A stretch of 64,000 nucleotides of DNA, from assembly GCF_009914755.1 (NCBI RefSeq), contig NC_060934.1; one strand, written 5' to 3'. Source of the stretch: the human T2T-CHM13v2.0 reference genome, Homo sapiens. Of this stretch, positions 14,861 to 31,100 are shown in pieces. The stretch's first letter is position 1, and every line of letters begins with the position of its first letter. The translations under genes and the position numbers were made by a program. The notes beneath the pieces were generated by a model. It was not told where the DNA came from. It worked only from the letters and a program-made list of their open reading frames with translations, and did not search any database.

Positions 14861-14901
14861 CGCTATAGCTTCTATTTTTCTGGAGGAACCTTACTAATAC
14901 A
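14458..14901 (+). mobile_element. MLT2 (MLT2C/D-like) ERVL solo LTR
   Basis: gatgattaatttattatgtcagtttgg ... ggaaccttactaataca; 5-bp TSD atggg/atgag. Confidence 0.85.
14811..14858. repeat. (AC)24 microsatellite within the MLT2 LTR
   Basis: Direct reading. Confidence 0.97.
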
Positions 14902-14959
14902 ATGAGAAAATTGTATAGTATTTGAATTACATCTTAATAAAATAATTTTTAAAAGCCCT

Positions 14960-16140
<1,181 letters not shown>

Positions 16141-17359
16141 TTTAAAATGAGGAAACTAGTCTGTTTTTTTGAAATATTTTTATTTGTGAATTCCATTGAG
16201 AATCTAATAAAAGCTGCATACTTGACCAAAGTAAAAGTGCATACCTTTAAATTACTGCCCACAATATCAGGGAGTAGAAGACCTGGTGAAACTCATCTTA
16301 ATTTGGAATAAGAATTCTACATGGGGTAATGAAAATCCATGCTTAGGGAAATTGGTGTCGAGACTATACATTTTGGCAGTTACTGTGGATATAATCATCT
16401 TACATTCCTTCTGTTGTCTTATATGTGTTAATTGAGCCTCTTCAACTATAGTATTGGCTAAATATATTTACAGCATACACGCAAAGAAAAACCTTCAAGG
16501 AACTATACCATGCTTATACTAAATAACTTTCAAGGAAAACCCAACTTAAGGTAATTTCAATTACTGTATTTCCACAAAGTGTTTCGTTAAATATTTAAAT
16601 AGATTGTAATTTTAATAAATTTTTATTTATATATGTTTATCAATCTGGGAGGAAATTCACACAAAATAGCATAGATTTTGTTGTAGAAAATATGATCTAT
16701 ATATTTAAGGCTTAGGAGACATGGATAAGAAGAGCACAGTGAATTGAATGTCTCATCCAGTATACCTAAGATTAGTTTTGTGCTAAATTGATAAAATGCA
16801 AACTAGAAAAATAAAGAGAATTCTCTCTAGTTTATAGCAAGTTATTTTGCATGTAACATATTATTTCAAATTTATTAAATCACAAAATATATTTAGTGTG
16901 ATATACCAGAGTTTTCATATACTGTATACTGAAAATAGACAGGCAAAATCCCAAATCAAAGTAAAACGTTATTTAAAATGATACTGTACACTCAAGAGCT
17001 GTTAGGTAGTTTTACATTCTTCACGTATTGTCTTATTATATTCTACAGTAAAGATATGCATTAGGGCAGAAAGACTTAGACCAAGAATAGTAGGATATTC
17101 TGTGGACAAATAAATAAATGTATATAACCATGTCAGAAAGCTACTGGACATACTCATAAACATGTTTTTCCAGAAACATTCTTACAGAAAAGTCAAAGGA
17201 TTCTGAGACATCAGGCCAATGCTGTGACAGAGAATTTGACTAAGTAACTAACAGACAGAGTCAAGATCCTGGCACAGTTTCTGGGATAACTGAGTATAGG
17301 TAATGAATATTTAGAGAAGACTGACTTTCTGATATATATTTTTAATGGGTCAAATGTGG

Positions 17360-18215
17360 CCTTTTTATTTTGACATATTTTTAAACTTACAAAATCTTAA
17401 AAAGAAGTATAAAAAATAAAATATATTATACACTTTAGCCATATTTACCAAGTGTTAACATTTTGATGTGTTTGTTTTATCATTCTCTGTCTCTCTGGCT
17501 CTGTCTTTTTATCTACACATTTATAATACACACACATGCACACATACTTTCTTTTCTGAAATACAGTACAGGAAGTTGGACACATACTTTTCCACCCTTA
17601 AATGTGTCAGTGTATATATGTTAAAAACAAAATCATATCATATAACTAACGTACAATTAGCTAAATCACAAAAATATAATAGCATTTAATAATCATCTGT
17701 AATCCACAGTTCATATTCAAATGTCTCCAAATTTTACAATAATATTTTTAATAACTTTGTCTATATGTTTGTTTCCAGGTTCAACATATAAGTCAGTATC
17801 ACACATAGCAATTAGTTGATATGGCTCTTTAGTCTTCTATATTTTGGAAATATTTCACATTACACTCGGCTTTCACACACTTGACATTTTTTGAAGTGAA
17901 TAGTCCACTTATTCTGTAGAATGTCTATCCATTTGCATTTGTCTGATAATTCAGTCATAAGTACATTCATATTATGTACTTTGGCCTATAAAATCATGTT
18001 GGTAGTGATTATCCTTCTCTATTAGGTAGCATCTTATACTGATTTGTCCCAGTATTTGTTGGTGATGTTAACTTTGATAAATTGGTTCTCATAGTTTCCC
18101 CATTTTTCCATTTCAAAGTTCTTATGTTCTGTATTTTGTTTAATAAATAATTTGTGGGGAGATGTTTTGATTTTATATAAATGTCCTCTTCCCAAAGAAA
18201 TTTTCACTCACAACT
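17360..18215 (-). mobile_element. L1MC4/5-like 3' end
   Basis: ttttattttgacatatttttaaacttacaaaa...ttctgtagaatgtc...ggtgatgttaactttgat...aataatttgtggggagat. Confidence 0.7.
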
Positions 18216-18599
18216 CTTAGAAAGTATATTTTCAGGCATATTTACATCTATTTAAATAATGTCATAAGGCTTTATTTATCATTTCACTTCTCAGAGAAAT
18301 TAACCTTGGCCCAAAAAATTTAAAAAGTAAATATACTCAACACATAAAAATAATAACAACAAAAAGCCCATTAAATATGTCCTAAAATCAGTTACAAAAT
18401 GCAGTTAAGCAGGATGATATTTCATAACCCTTTAAATTCTAAGATTCTATAACATTTTCAAAGCATAGGGAATGCCCAATATCCCAAATAGTTCTCCTTA
18501 CACTACACAGTGAAATCCCTCCAGGATAATCCATTATGATAGTTATAATTGAGTATATTTATAATTCATCAACTCACCACATCTATAATATAATAATTC

Positions 18600-18765
18600 A
18601 GTTAGTGTTCTATCACAATTTTAATAATCCCCTTTATCCTCCTTCTATATTTTAGGAAACTAAGAATTCAGGCCATGTTTACTCTTTATATCTGTACTTG
18701 TCCTGCTACATGGGCCCTACTGGGCTCTCAATAAATACATTCTTAAGGAATGAATAGACAAACAA
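18600..18765 (+). mobile_element. L2 3' end
   Basis: gggctctcaataaatacatt...gaatgaatagac tail. Confidence 0.55.
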
Positions 18766-18842
18766 ACTGAAAACTTCATATGGTTGCCTGCCTTCATGTC
18801 TCCAGACAAAGGAAGACATCAGAAGGTAAAACTCATTAACCA

Positions 18843-19151
18843 AGCCAAGCGCAGTAGTTCTCTACTGTAATCCTGTCACTTTGAGATCCCCAGGCAGGCA
18901 GATCGCTGAAGCCCAGGAGTTTGAGACAAGCCTGGGCAACATAGTAAAATCCTGTCTCTACAAAACAAACAAACAAACAGCTGGGCATGGTGATGTGTGC
19001 CTGTAGTCCCAGCTGCTCAGCAGGCTGAAGGGAGAGAATCACTTGAGCCCGAGAGCTTGAGGCTGCAGTGAACTGTCACTGTGCTACTCCACTCCACCCA
19101 GGGCAACAGAGTGAGACCCTGTTTCAAAAAACTTAAAATTAAAAAATTAAA
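18843..19151 (+). mobile_element. AluJ
   Basis: gcccaggagtttgagacaagcctgggcaacatag and ttgagcccgagagcttgaggctgcagtg; degenerate TSD ending attaacca. Confidence 0.9.
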
Positions 19152-19577
19152 AAAACCTATTAACCAATTCTAAATGTATCACAAAAATGGAATAAAACTA
19201 GGAGGAAAACAAAGAAGCATTCTGAAGCCTGATTACTTCCTAATCACCAATAATTCATTGGTCTTTCCATATTTTGAGTATGGCATTAATCTTACTTATG
19301 CTTTTCATTAAACAGTTTACCCTATCTTTGGTACTAGATATTTTGGGAGGAATATTTGATTCTTTCAAAAATTAGGGTCATTCCCTAAGTGGTTATTGGA
19401 GTGCCGCTAATTTCCTCAAACCAAGATCATACCCTCTCGTCCAAGAGCACTTTTCATATCTAACTCACATTTTGTGTTTTTATGAATAAATGTTTATATA
19501 TGGGCCACAGAAATACATGACTTTCTGAAACATGGTTATTTTTCTAAAAAAAAATAAAGAAACGGAAACATATTTCT

Positions 19578-19874
19578 TTCTTTTTTTTTTTTTTTTTTTT
19601 TTTTTTGAGATGGAGTCTCGCTCTGTCACCCAGGCTGGAGTGCAGTGGCACGATCTTGGTCACTGCAAGCTCCGCCTCCCGGGTTCACGCTGTTCTCCTG
19701 CCTCAACCTCCCGAGTAGCTGGGACTACAGGTGCCCGCCACCACACCCGGCTAATTTTTTGTATTTTTAGTAGAGACCGGGTTTCACTGTGATCTCGATC
19801 TCCTGACCTCGTGATCCGCCCGCCTCGGCCTCCCAAAGTGCTGGGATTACAGGCGTGAGCCACCGCGCCCAGCC
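19578..19874 (-). mobile_element. AluY with an internal deletion of about 13 bp
   Basis: Poly-T then antisense AluY; TSD c(g/a)gaaaca(t/a)atttct. Confidence 0.95.
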
Positions 19875-20867
19875 CAGAAACAAATTTCTAACCAAAATCC
19901 TGTCTTGAAATCTTGCACATTTTTTTTTTATTTCAGTGATTTTCTTAGGATTCAGTAGTTTTGATGTACACAAACTGTGTTTCTTTTGTTTGTACCAGGA
20001 TAGAGTTAAGAATAACATAACAGGCATAATAACCAACAGGATTTTTTCTGCCTCTTGTGTGCACCCAAAGATATAGACAAAGTTTTATTCATTTATATCT
20101 CTCGGTATCCTTCGAAGTTTTACTCATTTATATAATGTAGTCCCCATCAGGGGCCTCACATGCCCTTTAACAAATATGCCACAACAGCTCTTCCACCTGA
20201 ATTTCTGATGCCCAAGAAGTTGCCTAAGTGCCTGACAACCCCCTCTCTCCCCAAGGACAATTTTGTGTGCTAGGCTCATAGCTTCCAAGACCCTCTAATG
20301 ATCTCTTCCTAGCAACTCATGTCATAGACAGTGTGGCTTGTCCTGTCAGGCTCTGCTGCCAATATGTGATCTACTGCAATCTTGGAGCCCCTGAAATCCT
20401 GGAAGTCTTAAAGCAGGTTGAGTCCTGGCTGCGGGGATTTTATTTGTGTTAACTTTGCCACCTGATTGCCAAGTAGGATTTTACTTTATTCTCCAATGTT
20501 TTACAAACCATTTAATGTAAGCAAATATTTTTATTTTTGCTTAAAGCACATCATTCTTTAGGACCCAGATAGGAGTCCATGAAGGCTGGACTGGGGGAAA
20601 CTACCTAGCAAAAACGATGCTCTCCTCAGAATTAACCCTCTTTCCTGAGAATGAGACTTAGTTTGTAAGTCCAACTCCCTCGCCATAAATATAAATTCTC
20701 TCTCGTGATGCAACTTGGACCCATATACACGTATATAATTGGTGAACTGTCCCATTGCCAGCCATGACTTGTCAGGCATACATGTAGAATGGACCTTAAA
20801 CTCAAGCTAGAGGTATCCCTGCTTATAATTTAGTAATTTTTCAGGCAGGAAGGACTAGAGCTATTGA

Positions 20868-21166
<299 letters not shown>

Positions 21167-21799
21167 GATTTAATTCTTCCATTCTGGGTGGAAACATTCT
21201 AGAAAGGAAGTATCACTCAGTTTCTTCTGTGTAAGAACATAGTGTTTACCCACTGAAGGATATAGAGAGAATAAGGAAATAACAGATCTGTAAGTTTCTG
21301 TGCCAATCAACTCTGAGTCGAGGTGGACGGAGAGGGTAGTCCAAGTGAAACAATATTGAGAAATCTGTTCTAGGATGTGACAAAGTAACATCAAGGGGTG
21401 TAAGGATCTCCTTCACTCTTCAACTTTTAACATTTAGCAGGTCATTCTAAGGCAGAAGACATAATTGTGAGTCACAGACACTAACCCATGGTACAAGAAT
21501 TGTCCAGGTGTGTTCTCTAAAATATTAATTGCATCCAGCACCCCATGTTGTATAATTCTCTGATTAGATCCACTCTGGCTTATCTCTTGATTCTACAGCC
21601 ATGAAACCTAACAGTTTTGGGTAAAAAGCACCTCTTGTATCCTTAACCTCTGCAACCCTCACCTCCCTTGCCATACCCCCATCAACTGAGGGAAGTGCCC
21701 CATGGGCACTGCTAAATATAATAAATGCTGATGATGCCATCATGAGACTGTATTTATGACCAAGGTGTCGTGGTTCTGTGACTAGTAAGCTCCCATTGA

Positions 21800-22262
21800 G
21801 GTTCGTCCAGTGGCCTTATCATCTGGCTCTGCTGACATCTCTAGCCACATCTCTCCCATTCGGCTCCTTGAACTCTGTGCTCCTGCCATGCTCAACTACT
21901 TAATGCTTCCCACTGTGCCATGATCTCTTCTGTCTCTGTGACCTCTTCCACCTCTGTCTCTGCATAGGACACTTTCCCCTCTTTACCCTTTTGTCACCTC
22001 TCAATCTTCATCGTTCTTCTTTCCGATCTGAGCTCTGAGGTCTTTCCTTCCCAGAAAGCTTTTCCAGTTTCTTTAGATGAGATTACATCCCCATCCTCAC
22101 CCCTGTTTTCCCTCTCATATCACTTTTGTAATTGTGTGTTTCTCTTCCCGTCTAGCCTGTGAGCTCCTTGAGGAGACAGGAGCGATGTCTCACATCTATC
22201 TCCCAAGCTTAGGCAACTGCCCAAGATACAGAGGCACAATAAATACGTGTTGAATAAACAGG
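21800..22262 (+). mobile_element. L2 3' region
   Basis: ctagcctgtgagctccttgagg...gcacaataaatacgtgttgaataaa. Confidence 0.8.
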
Positions 22263-22659
22263 TTATGCCTTTACCACTTTATTATTTCTGTAATTTCTGA
22301 TTGAGTGGGGCACTTCACACTCTCCACCTTTGTGATGCTGTTCATTTTAACAGGTGTTAACAGAAAATAAATTGCTATTGATGCAATTGTTACTTAGAAT
22401 GTAAGACTGGCCTTTAAGGCCAGCTCTGTGCCAACAAAATGCAAGGACAGCCAACTGTTGGGAAGAATTTCCAGGAAGAAAATCAATTAGTTTCACATGC
22501 TTTGCTTAATATTTTATTTGCATTTCATGCCTCAAGTTTTAAGTGAATCTGTATTGGCAACCCACAATAATTGCTAGCTCACCTATTGTTTGTTCAGCTA
22601 ATGGTTTGGTTAAAAGTACAAACAAAACTGAAGTCAGAGAGATGATGAAAGGCGTGCAA

Positions 22660-22742
22660 GAACGGGAGAAAGGAAGAAAGGAAAGAAAGGAGGATGGCTG
22701 AGAGGGGGGGAAGGAGGGAGCAAGGAAGGAGAAAGGGAAAAT
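22660..22742. repeat. GA-rich low-complexity tract
   Basis: Direct reading. Confidence 0.8.
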
Positions 22743-24619
22743 AATTCCAAACAGGTTTCAAGATTGAGCTGACCCTGCCATCTAAATATAGCATGGCAAC
22801 ATGGACATATTGAAGATAAATGATTTACTGACTGGCTTAGAGGAAATCAGATAAATTATCTTCTACTGACTCCTGACTAGCCAACCTCAGAAACAACTCT
22901 CTTTTGAGAAAGGTTTTGTGATAAGAGATACATTAGCTATTTTTTGTTTCACCTGGTTACAGAGTTCTCAAGCTGCCTTAAATATCATAGAAGAATTTCA
23001 CGTTGAAGTTGCTGATTTTATTCAGCCTCTTTGAACATGTCAACATGGATATTGTCCTTGAACACACAGCTCCACATGCCCATGGGCTGAAGAAGATGCT
23101 GAGAAATGGATTCTATATGTAAGTATAATATAGATCTGGTGCTTTGAATACAGCATCTCTTAGCTGCCTCACATCATGGGACCAGTGGGGAGAAATGTGT
23201 GGCAGAGTAGAAAATAATTTTCTTAGTTTCATGATTTATTGGACAACTCTATATAGGCTTCTGTGCAGAATATGAGGTAGAAAGACCATTAAGTCCAAGA
23301 AAACAGGGACTAAAGGTCTAGTGGTATGCTTAGGATTGAACACAGACTGGGCACATTATTGATATTTAATAGTTATAAGCTGAATTAATTAACTTCCTAT
23401 GATTGTCTTGACTCTGTAAGGGAGAGGTATTGTCTCCTGAAAAAGTGTCACCTGTAGATACATTTTACTCTCTCACCTACCTCTTCTTCAGCCTGTTGAA
23501 TAGCAACTTTATCCAAGGTAATTTTTGATAACCCTGTATTGCCAATGTGGCCATTTCATTGTCAGTGATGGACCTGCAAATCTCTCGATAAATCACTTTA
23601 CTTTGGGGATGACAATCTTATTGTACAAAAATCCTTTAAAAGCCTTGGTGGGCTAATCGATGCTGAGCGAACCAAGACAGGAATCCAGAGTAGGCTGTGG
23701 GCATTGAGGAAAGTGACGGCCTCATCACAAGACAGTTATTGCAGGAAGAGGAAAGAAAATCAGAGCAGAAGCCAGAGCTGCAATTTCATTTGTGCAAAAT
23801 GAGTTTTTATTGCTGTGAAAATAAAAGGTGATTCTAATGCTTGCCTTTTTTCAAAGTAGTAACTTAAGCTGTACAAAGAAAAGGGGACTTAGTCATAAAT
23901 TAAGGTTACAGAACTTTAAAGCACGTTAGGAAGGCATGAGGGGAAATGAGAATGGAGAGTCACTCTATGTGAATCCCAAGTTGCATAGACACTGGTCCAA
24001 GCCAACCCCTAGGACCTATTCAGTCCTGGCCTCTCAAGGGGTAACCTGGTTTGGGAACTAGGGATTGCTTCCTTAAAAATATGTCATTTAAATTAATATT
24101 TTTAGAAACAATAGAAGATAGCCTTGAAAAGGGAGACAGGAAAAGAGATGAGAAGGGAAATCGAAGATTAGGAACCCAAGCTGAGAGGCTGAGGCAGAAG
24201 AATGCTGTTTGAACTGAATTGAGCAAAAGCGAACAGTAAGAGAATAATTGTGGAAACTCCATGTTCTGATAGAGTGGACACGGGCAAAGCTGACCACTAA
24301 CTTTCTCCTTGTGAGGAAAACTTCTTTCAAAGGATGAGTATTTGACATTAAATTTACCTCTTATCTCATTCAGAAATATCTTTGGCTTCTAATGTGTTCA
24401 ATCTTCTAATTTGGTGATGGATTCATTTCTTTAGATCTCCTTCATGCTGGCCAGAACTTTTGCTCACTGCCTTTGTACCAGGCATGAGCACCTACTCACA
24501 TATGTCCTTCTATCACTTTCTGTTTCTCTCATGTCCAATTCCTCCACAACTTCCCATTAATGCCTGCTTTTTCTATGGTTCCATGCTATGATTTCCCATT
24601 GCTTTATTATTTAATATTT

Positions 24620-24720
24620 AAAGTGAGCATATAATTTATCATCCAAACTAGAAAACTTGAGAGTAAGGAACAGGCATAAGCCATGCCTGTCACTGGGCAA
24701 ACCTAAATATGTGATCAGTC
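24620..24720 (+). mobile_element. MER94-like hAT-Blackjack MITE
   Basis: gtgagcatataatttatcatccaaactag...ctgggcaaacctaaatatgtgatcag. Confidence 0.65.
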
Positions 24721-24979
24721 TTTCCATAAAGTATATTTCCTGTGGGCATATATGTGGCAACTTATTACTACGATCTTTTGATTTTTCTTTAACCTTTTCA
24801 AATAAATTTGACTTGTGCCTTAATCTAAAATGTCATCTCCCATAGAACAGACTCTGTATTATTTCTTCTTTTGTTCCAATCATTGCATGACACTTTGCTA
24901 GCAGGTGCATAGCAGGTACACAGTGAACACACAGTGTGTGAATTTAAAACAAAATAAATGATTCATGGCTGATGATCAC

Positions 24980-25165
24980 ACAGCAGTTGTCCTCAGTTTT
25001 AACTGCTCATAATGATTACCTGGGAAATTAAAAATAATCAAACTTAATGATGTCTTGGTCCCATCTCCAAATATTCTGATTTAATTGGCCATGTGTCTGG
25101 CTTGGACACCAGGGCTTTTAACCATTACCAGGTGATTCTGAAGTCCAGCCAATATTACAGACAAG
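24980..25165. mobile_element. MER5-like hAT-Charlie MITE
   Basis: attacctgggaaatt...ttctgatttaattgg...ccaggtgattctgaagtccagcca. Confidence 0.65.
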
Positions 25166-25465
25166 CCCGAGGGACTTCATTTCTCAAGCATTGTGGTGAT
25201 GAAAACATATACTCTGTTGAGTGTAGAGGCCAGGAAGGAAGAACCCTACAAAAATCACACAATATCAAAAACCATGTCAGAATTGCAGGATTATTAAGCA
25301 CTCAGACTTTAAAGCTAGATGGATGCAGATTCAAATTGAATAGGACACAACCTTCTGGACAGAATGACAAGGACACAGTAATCCAATTCGCTACCTCTGA
25401 AAAGCACTAAAGAGTAGTAAATTGTCCTAGATTTCTTCCAATCATTTCAATTTACAATATTCTGA

Positions 25466-25827
<362 letters not shown>

Positions 25828-27428
25828 CTATATCTCTAGTAAATCATCCTTTGCCCCGCCCCATTGTAGGAGTATGACTTTCCTTTAGACGTTAAAACAG
25901 GGCAGTGTCTAAAGATGGCTATTTTATTTGACTGCTAATTATGAGACTTTAAAGCAAGCAACAGAGGTTAAAGTCCTTCCAAGATTTTCCATTGATTACT
26001 GGTAAATCTCCACAACTTTGATGTTCAGCTTTCATGATGTGATCCCTGCTCTTCCTTCCAGTTGTATCCCCTGGAATCTACCCCATATATACTCCAGCTG
26101 TTCAGAATTGCTGTCCCGTGTTTTTTCTCACTTCTGCCAATGAATCCCTCTTTTACTGTGCCCTCATCATGCTTGACTGCAGCAGACAGAGGCATCGATT
26201 TTAAAGTGTCTCCTCATACCTGCATTTTTGGTTTCTATATCTGTTTTTTCATGGAATGTGAGACTTGCAAGGGCAAAGACAGGTTTAATGCACCTCTACA
26301 TCTTGAAAAAAAAACAGAGAGCAGGCCTATAACAAGTTTTCCAAAGGGATGAACAAGTGAAAGAAGGAATAAATATTGATTTTGCAATGTTACTGATAAA
26401 GGCAAACACAAAATTAGATCACTGACATCTATGAGGAAAATATGTTTGCCTAGTGATGAAGCAAAGGAAAAGTTTCTACCCACAAATTGAAAATGTTGAT
26501 GCTATTATTTTGTTAGAAATGAGTTTGTTTCCTTTGCTTGGGAAGAAAGCAAAAATTGTCAACAAATGGCTTCCTTACTAGGCAAAAAGCAGTTTATTTG
26601 CTGGTCTGCCTGAATAAAAAAGGGAAAATAAGTTTGGTTGGTGGAGGGGCTTAAAGTTTTGCTGTTACAACAGAAGCAGTAGCATTTAATTTTCACTGAG
26701 AGAAGACAGGAAGAAGAGCATGGCTTGAAATTCAATGGTCTCTATCATCTACTAACTGCTGGCCATTGGAAAATTAAACATGCCTCTGAACTCCTATTTT
26801 CTAATCTTTGAACTGGTTATAACAACACATGCCTTCATTTGTCTAAATTGTAAATTAAGTGACCACCTTAGTTCAACATATGTGGCATATAAATCTTCCA
26901 TTTTCCCTGCTATTTCCCTAAGTCAGAAGTGAGCAAAGCCAATCTGTAAGAAAACAAAAATGAAAAGAATAGGTTATTTTGATTTTTTAATGTCTGGTGA
27001 TTATATTGTTTAATTGAAATTCCATGGAAGCAACTAAGATTATACTTAAATACATAATAGCAAGTGAATACCAAATGAAAACATTTTTAAAGCCAGAATT
27101 TTACACTAAAAAGATCAATTTAGTGTTGTATAAACATAAACATGAGCATAAATACATCAAGATCCATGGATTGATCATTTGATTGAAGATACTGTCTTTC
27201 TCTGCTGAGAAAACAGTTTTTTTCCTCCTTATTCTCTTGGTTGGTTCAATATTTAACTCTGATCATCCAAGAGAAATCTTTGTGGTACCTGAAGAAGTAT
27301 AATCTGTAGGAGTCCCTGCTTTGAAGGCAAAAAGGAAAATAAAACTATGCTTATCAAAAAAAAAAAAAAAAAGAACAAAGAACAAAAGCAGAAAAGAGCA
27401 AACACAAGAGACAAAATGCCTTGTTAAT

Positions 27429-27845
27429 TGTATAAATTTGCTAAGGACACCATAACAAAGTACCATGGTTGGAGTGGCTTAAAAAACAAAAATGTATGTT
27501 TTCATAGTTCTGGAGGCTGGAAGTCCAAGATCAAGGTGTCAGCAGGGTTGAGTCCTTCTGAGGGCTACGAGGGAGGATTTATTTCAGTCTTTCCTCTACG
27601 GTTTGTAGACAGCTGTTTTTTTTCTTATGTCTTCACATCGTCTTCCTTCTGAATGTATCCTGTCCATATTTTCTCTTCTTATGAGAACACCAGTCATACT
27701 GGACTAGGGCTCACTCTAATGACCTTATTTTAATTTAATTACCTCTATAATCAATACCTTCTTTCCAGATTCAGTAAAACTCTGAGGTACTTGGGGTTAG
27801 GATTTCAACATGAACTTTTTCAGGGGCACAATTTAGCCCACACAA
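27429..27845 (-). mobile_element. MLT1B-like MaLR solo LTR
   Basis: ccataacaaagtacca...ttctggaggctggaagtccaagatcaaggtgtcagcaggg...ggggttaggatttcaacatgaa. Confidence 0.85.
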
Positions 27846-28169
27846 TAGCTTTCTCCTTTTTACAAAGTATAAGGATGCCAACAAATGCAGTTGTTACTCA
27901 TTTTCATCTTAGTGTGTATTTTAGTCCACTAAATTTAAGCACTTAAATATAAATTTAAGTGAATGAGCTATTTTAAAAGATAATTTTCATGTCAAAATAA
28001 ACCTGAAATTGTGAAAAGAGATTTTATCCTTGCTTAATAGACTACCTAAATTATAAATGATATCAAGTGTTCACTATATGTTGACCACTGTAAATAAAAT
28101 TCCTCTTCAGAAATCACCTCATTTAATCATGTGCTTACTGCAACAATGGAAATTAAGTGAGATTATTAG

Positions 28170-31100
28170 GGACCCCTAAATCTGCAAAAATAGAGTCGTG
28201 GCAATGGGGTGCAGTAATTCCTCAAGTGGATCACTGAGACTGCTGGTAAGCAGGATCACTTCTATGTCCATGCCTTGATTCCTGGATTATGTTCAGCCTT
28301 TAGGGGCCATAGCTTCATAGAACGGTTACTGTTCTGTAAGACTTTTGGATAATTTTTGCTTGCTAATGCTCTGTGGGCAGGGAATGACAAGCCATACCCA
28401 GAATATGTATCAAATCCAGTCAAGATGAATTATGCAATTTTCAGGATGGAAGGAATCCAATATAATCAAGTTGCCACCATGTGAATTGCTTATCTCATTG
28501 AGAGATGGTGTCGTATTGTAATTCACCATTTGTTTCTGTTGGAGGTGGACATTTGGCAGTGGCAAGAGCTAGACAAGCTTTGGTGATTGCTAGCCCATGT
28601 TGTTGGGGCTGCGTGTAGCCTCCATTCCTGCTATTGTAGCTGCACAATCCTTGTAGACTTTATGCCTGCATTAGTGTGGTCAACCAGCTGAGCTGTTTTG
28701 TTTACTTGATTGTTTAGTAATTTTTCTATGGTGGATGCATTCCAGTTGATATCAGCATGTGACACCAATGAACTTCTCATTTCTTGCCCGCCCCACGATG
28801 TCTAATATAGGCCTCTTTCGTAGAGATCCTTGTCTCTGATCCTCCACTTTTTCCCTTTCTAGGTCCTTGACTAACTAGTCAAGTCCTTTGGTTCAAGAGT
28901 TTATACATCCATATCTAGGGACACATTTTCCCATCAAAAGCAGATGATGAGTTATTGCACTTGAAGGCCTGCCAGTTAGAATAATTTTTCCCTCACTGCC
29001 ATCTTTCAGGGCCACTATTGCATGTCTATTGCATTGTCATCTATTTTCAGCATGCATGAACATATTGAGCTAATTCACCCATGAATCAAATCCAACATTT
29101 CATTGTATTTGTTGGCTGGTTACCATAGATATTAGCAGAGAATAAGCCACTATAACAAAAGTGGTAGATGATATGGGTGTCTGGGCAGGCGAATTGATCA
29201 GCTAACTTGTGCCCTACTCTTGCCTGATCTGGGAGATACTGTTTTTACCTAATAGTGTCCAAGCTCATGAATTGCTGTGTCAAAGAGAAGTCAGCTCATG
29301 ATGAGTGGTTACGGCCATGTAGTCACACAATATCGTGGCTTAGCTCAAGAAATATAGGCCATCTACAATACATTCTAGTTCTTTTACTGAGGTTGAACAT
29401 AAAACCCACATGGCATTTTTTCCTATCACAGATAAATGTAGTAGCAAAGAATATCCACGGCAATGTGACAGAGCCTGCACCACATCCTTTGTATGCTCTA
29501 GGATCCACTCAAAATAGGTAGTCTTTTGTATCATTTGGTAAGTAAGTTGAAGTGATTGCATTCAGTGTGAAATATACTGCCTCTAGAACCCAAAGAGGGC
29601 TATCAGGTTGTGCTTCTTTCTCAGCGGTGTGAGATGCAAGAAGCAATAATTTATACTTTATTTTGGAGCTGATATTCTGTCATACTCAGAACATTGGACT
29701 CCTGAAATTTCCAGTTTTGTGTCTGGTTCCTAAACTCTTGTAGGGTTTCCCTCCCAACCTGGAGGGCATGTGTCTAACCAAGTCTTCCAATCTAGTTTCT
29801 ACTTATTGATTATCTGGTGTGATTAACATAATGTTATTAATATAGTGGAACAACATGATGTTAGGCATAATCTCTCAGTAGTAGGCATCACGTGAGACTT
29901 TATTGTACCAGATGACAAGAGAATAAACATAGCCCTGGAGGATAAATATATATGTATACTGTTATTTATCCTGCATAAATGCAATGTATTTCTGGTACTC
30001 ATCATTGGTGGGGATGGAGAAGAGTACATTTTCCAGATCAATAACCTCCTACTATGTATCTGAGGCTTTTCTCAATCTATTTTAGGAAAGATACCTCATC
30101 TGCACAGTATCAGCAATTGGATCTGTTACATGTTGGAGTGTGCAATAATTTATTGGCATCTTCCTATGTCCATGTGACTTTGTGGTAGGGTTATTAAATA
30201 TGGATACAACGGGGATCATCTCCCCCTTCATCCTTTAGGATTTTAAATATGCCACTGATTTCTGTTCCTTGCCTCAGATTCAGGGCCAGGACTGGGATGC
30301 ATGAGCTTGAAAGTGAATGCTTTCTTAAATGTTGTGCCCTAGGTACTTCACCGGCTTCATCATAGTCCTGGTTTTACTTAGGATGCAATATTGTTTTTAA
30401 TTTAAAATTTTGGTGTACTTGGCTTCCCCCACTATGACAGTCCTTGCCACATGTGCCAGTGAATCAGTGGAAGGTCCTGCCAACAACCACATGCGTACCT
30501 GCCAACTATAAGTTTGAGGACCAAGGAAAAGATCACTGGGTGTGATCATTTTCTTGGGTCTATGGACCCAATGTAAGCTGGACCTGAGCCAGAACTTTAC
30601 TTATGACCCAGCCCACAAACCATACTCTAATACAAGTGCCATATGATGTTTCTGAACTCTGGATTTTAATGTCGAATTACATTCTCTGTTTAACACTTCT
30701 CAAAATTTATTGATATCCCCCTTTCCTGAGTGAAAAATAGTCAATGTTTGTGATCTTAGGTGTCTTTGGAACCAAGTGACTACATTAGTTTATTTACTTT
30801 TTGTAATATTACATGGTCTTTCCACCTGAGGACACAATCCCTTCACCAATCAATGTATAATGTATCTGAAATTTGGCTCCATTCCCTAAATTGAGCCAAG
30901 GACTGTGATTTTATTACTAAGGTGATGTTCCTTAGTTTCTTGTTTATTTTGTATTTCTTTTGATTGTATAGGTTCAACAATACTCTTATTTCCTGCCCAT
31001 CCTCTTGCTCCTGGCAAATACTTTGTTCTATTAACTCTCTGCACTGTTCTCTATGAGTTAGCCTGCCCTGGCTGTCATTCTGACATTCATCATGATCTTT

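Larger units (their letters stand above)
12719..14945 (+). mobile_element. Old L1M (L1MB/ME-like) ORF2 and 3' UTR pieces, interrupted by an MLT2 LTR
   Basis: taattgacatttatagaacc (EN region), cacatgaaagatgc...cagggaaatgcaaatcaaaacc, 3' UTR ending ttacatcttaataaa. Confidence 0.8.

Noticed and set aside
20135-20440. Possible additional LTR remnant
   Set aside because: Similarity too vague to assign without an HMM search.
22582-22698. Minus-strand exon pattern ending TAG|GTGAGC
   Set aside because: The acceptor pyrimidine tract is simply the GA-rich low-complexity repeat, so its specificity is low.
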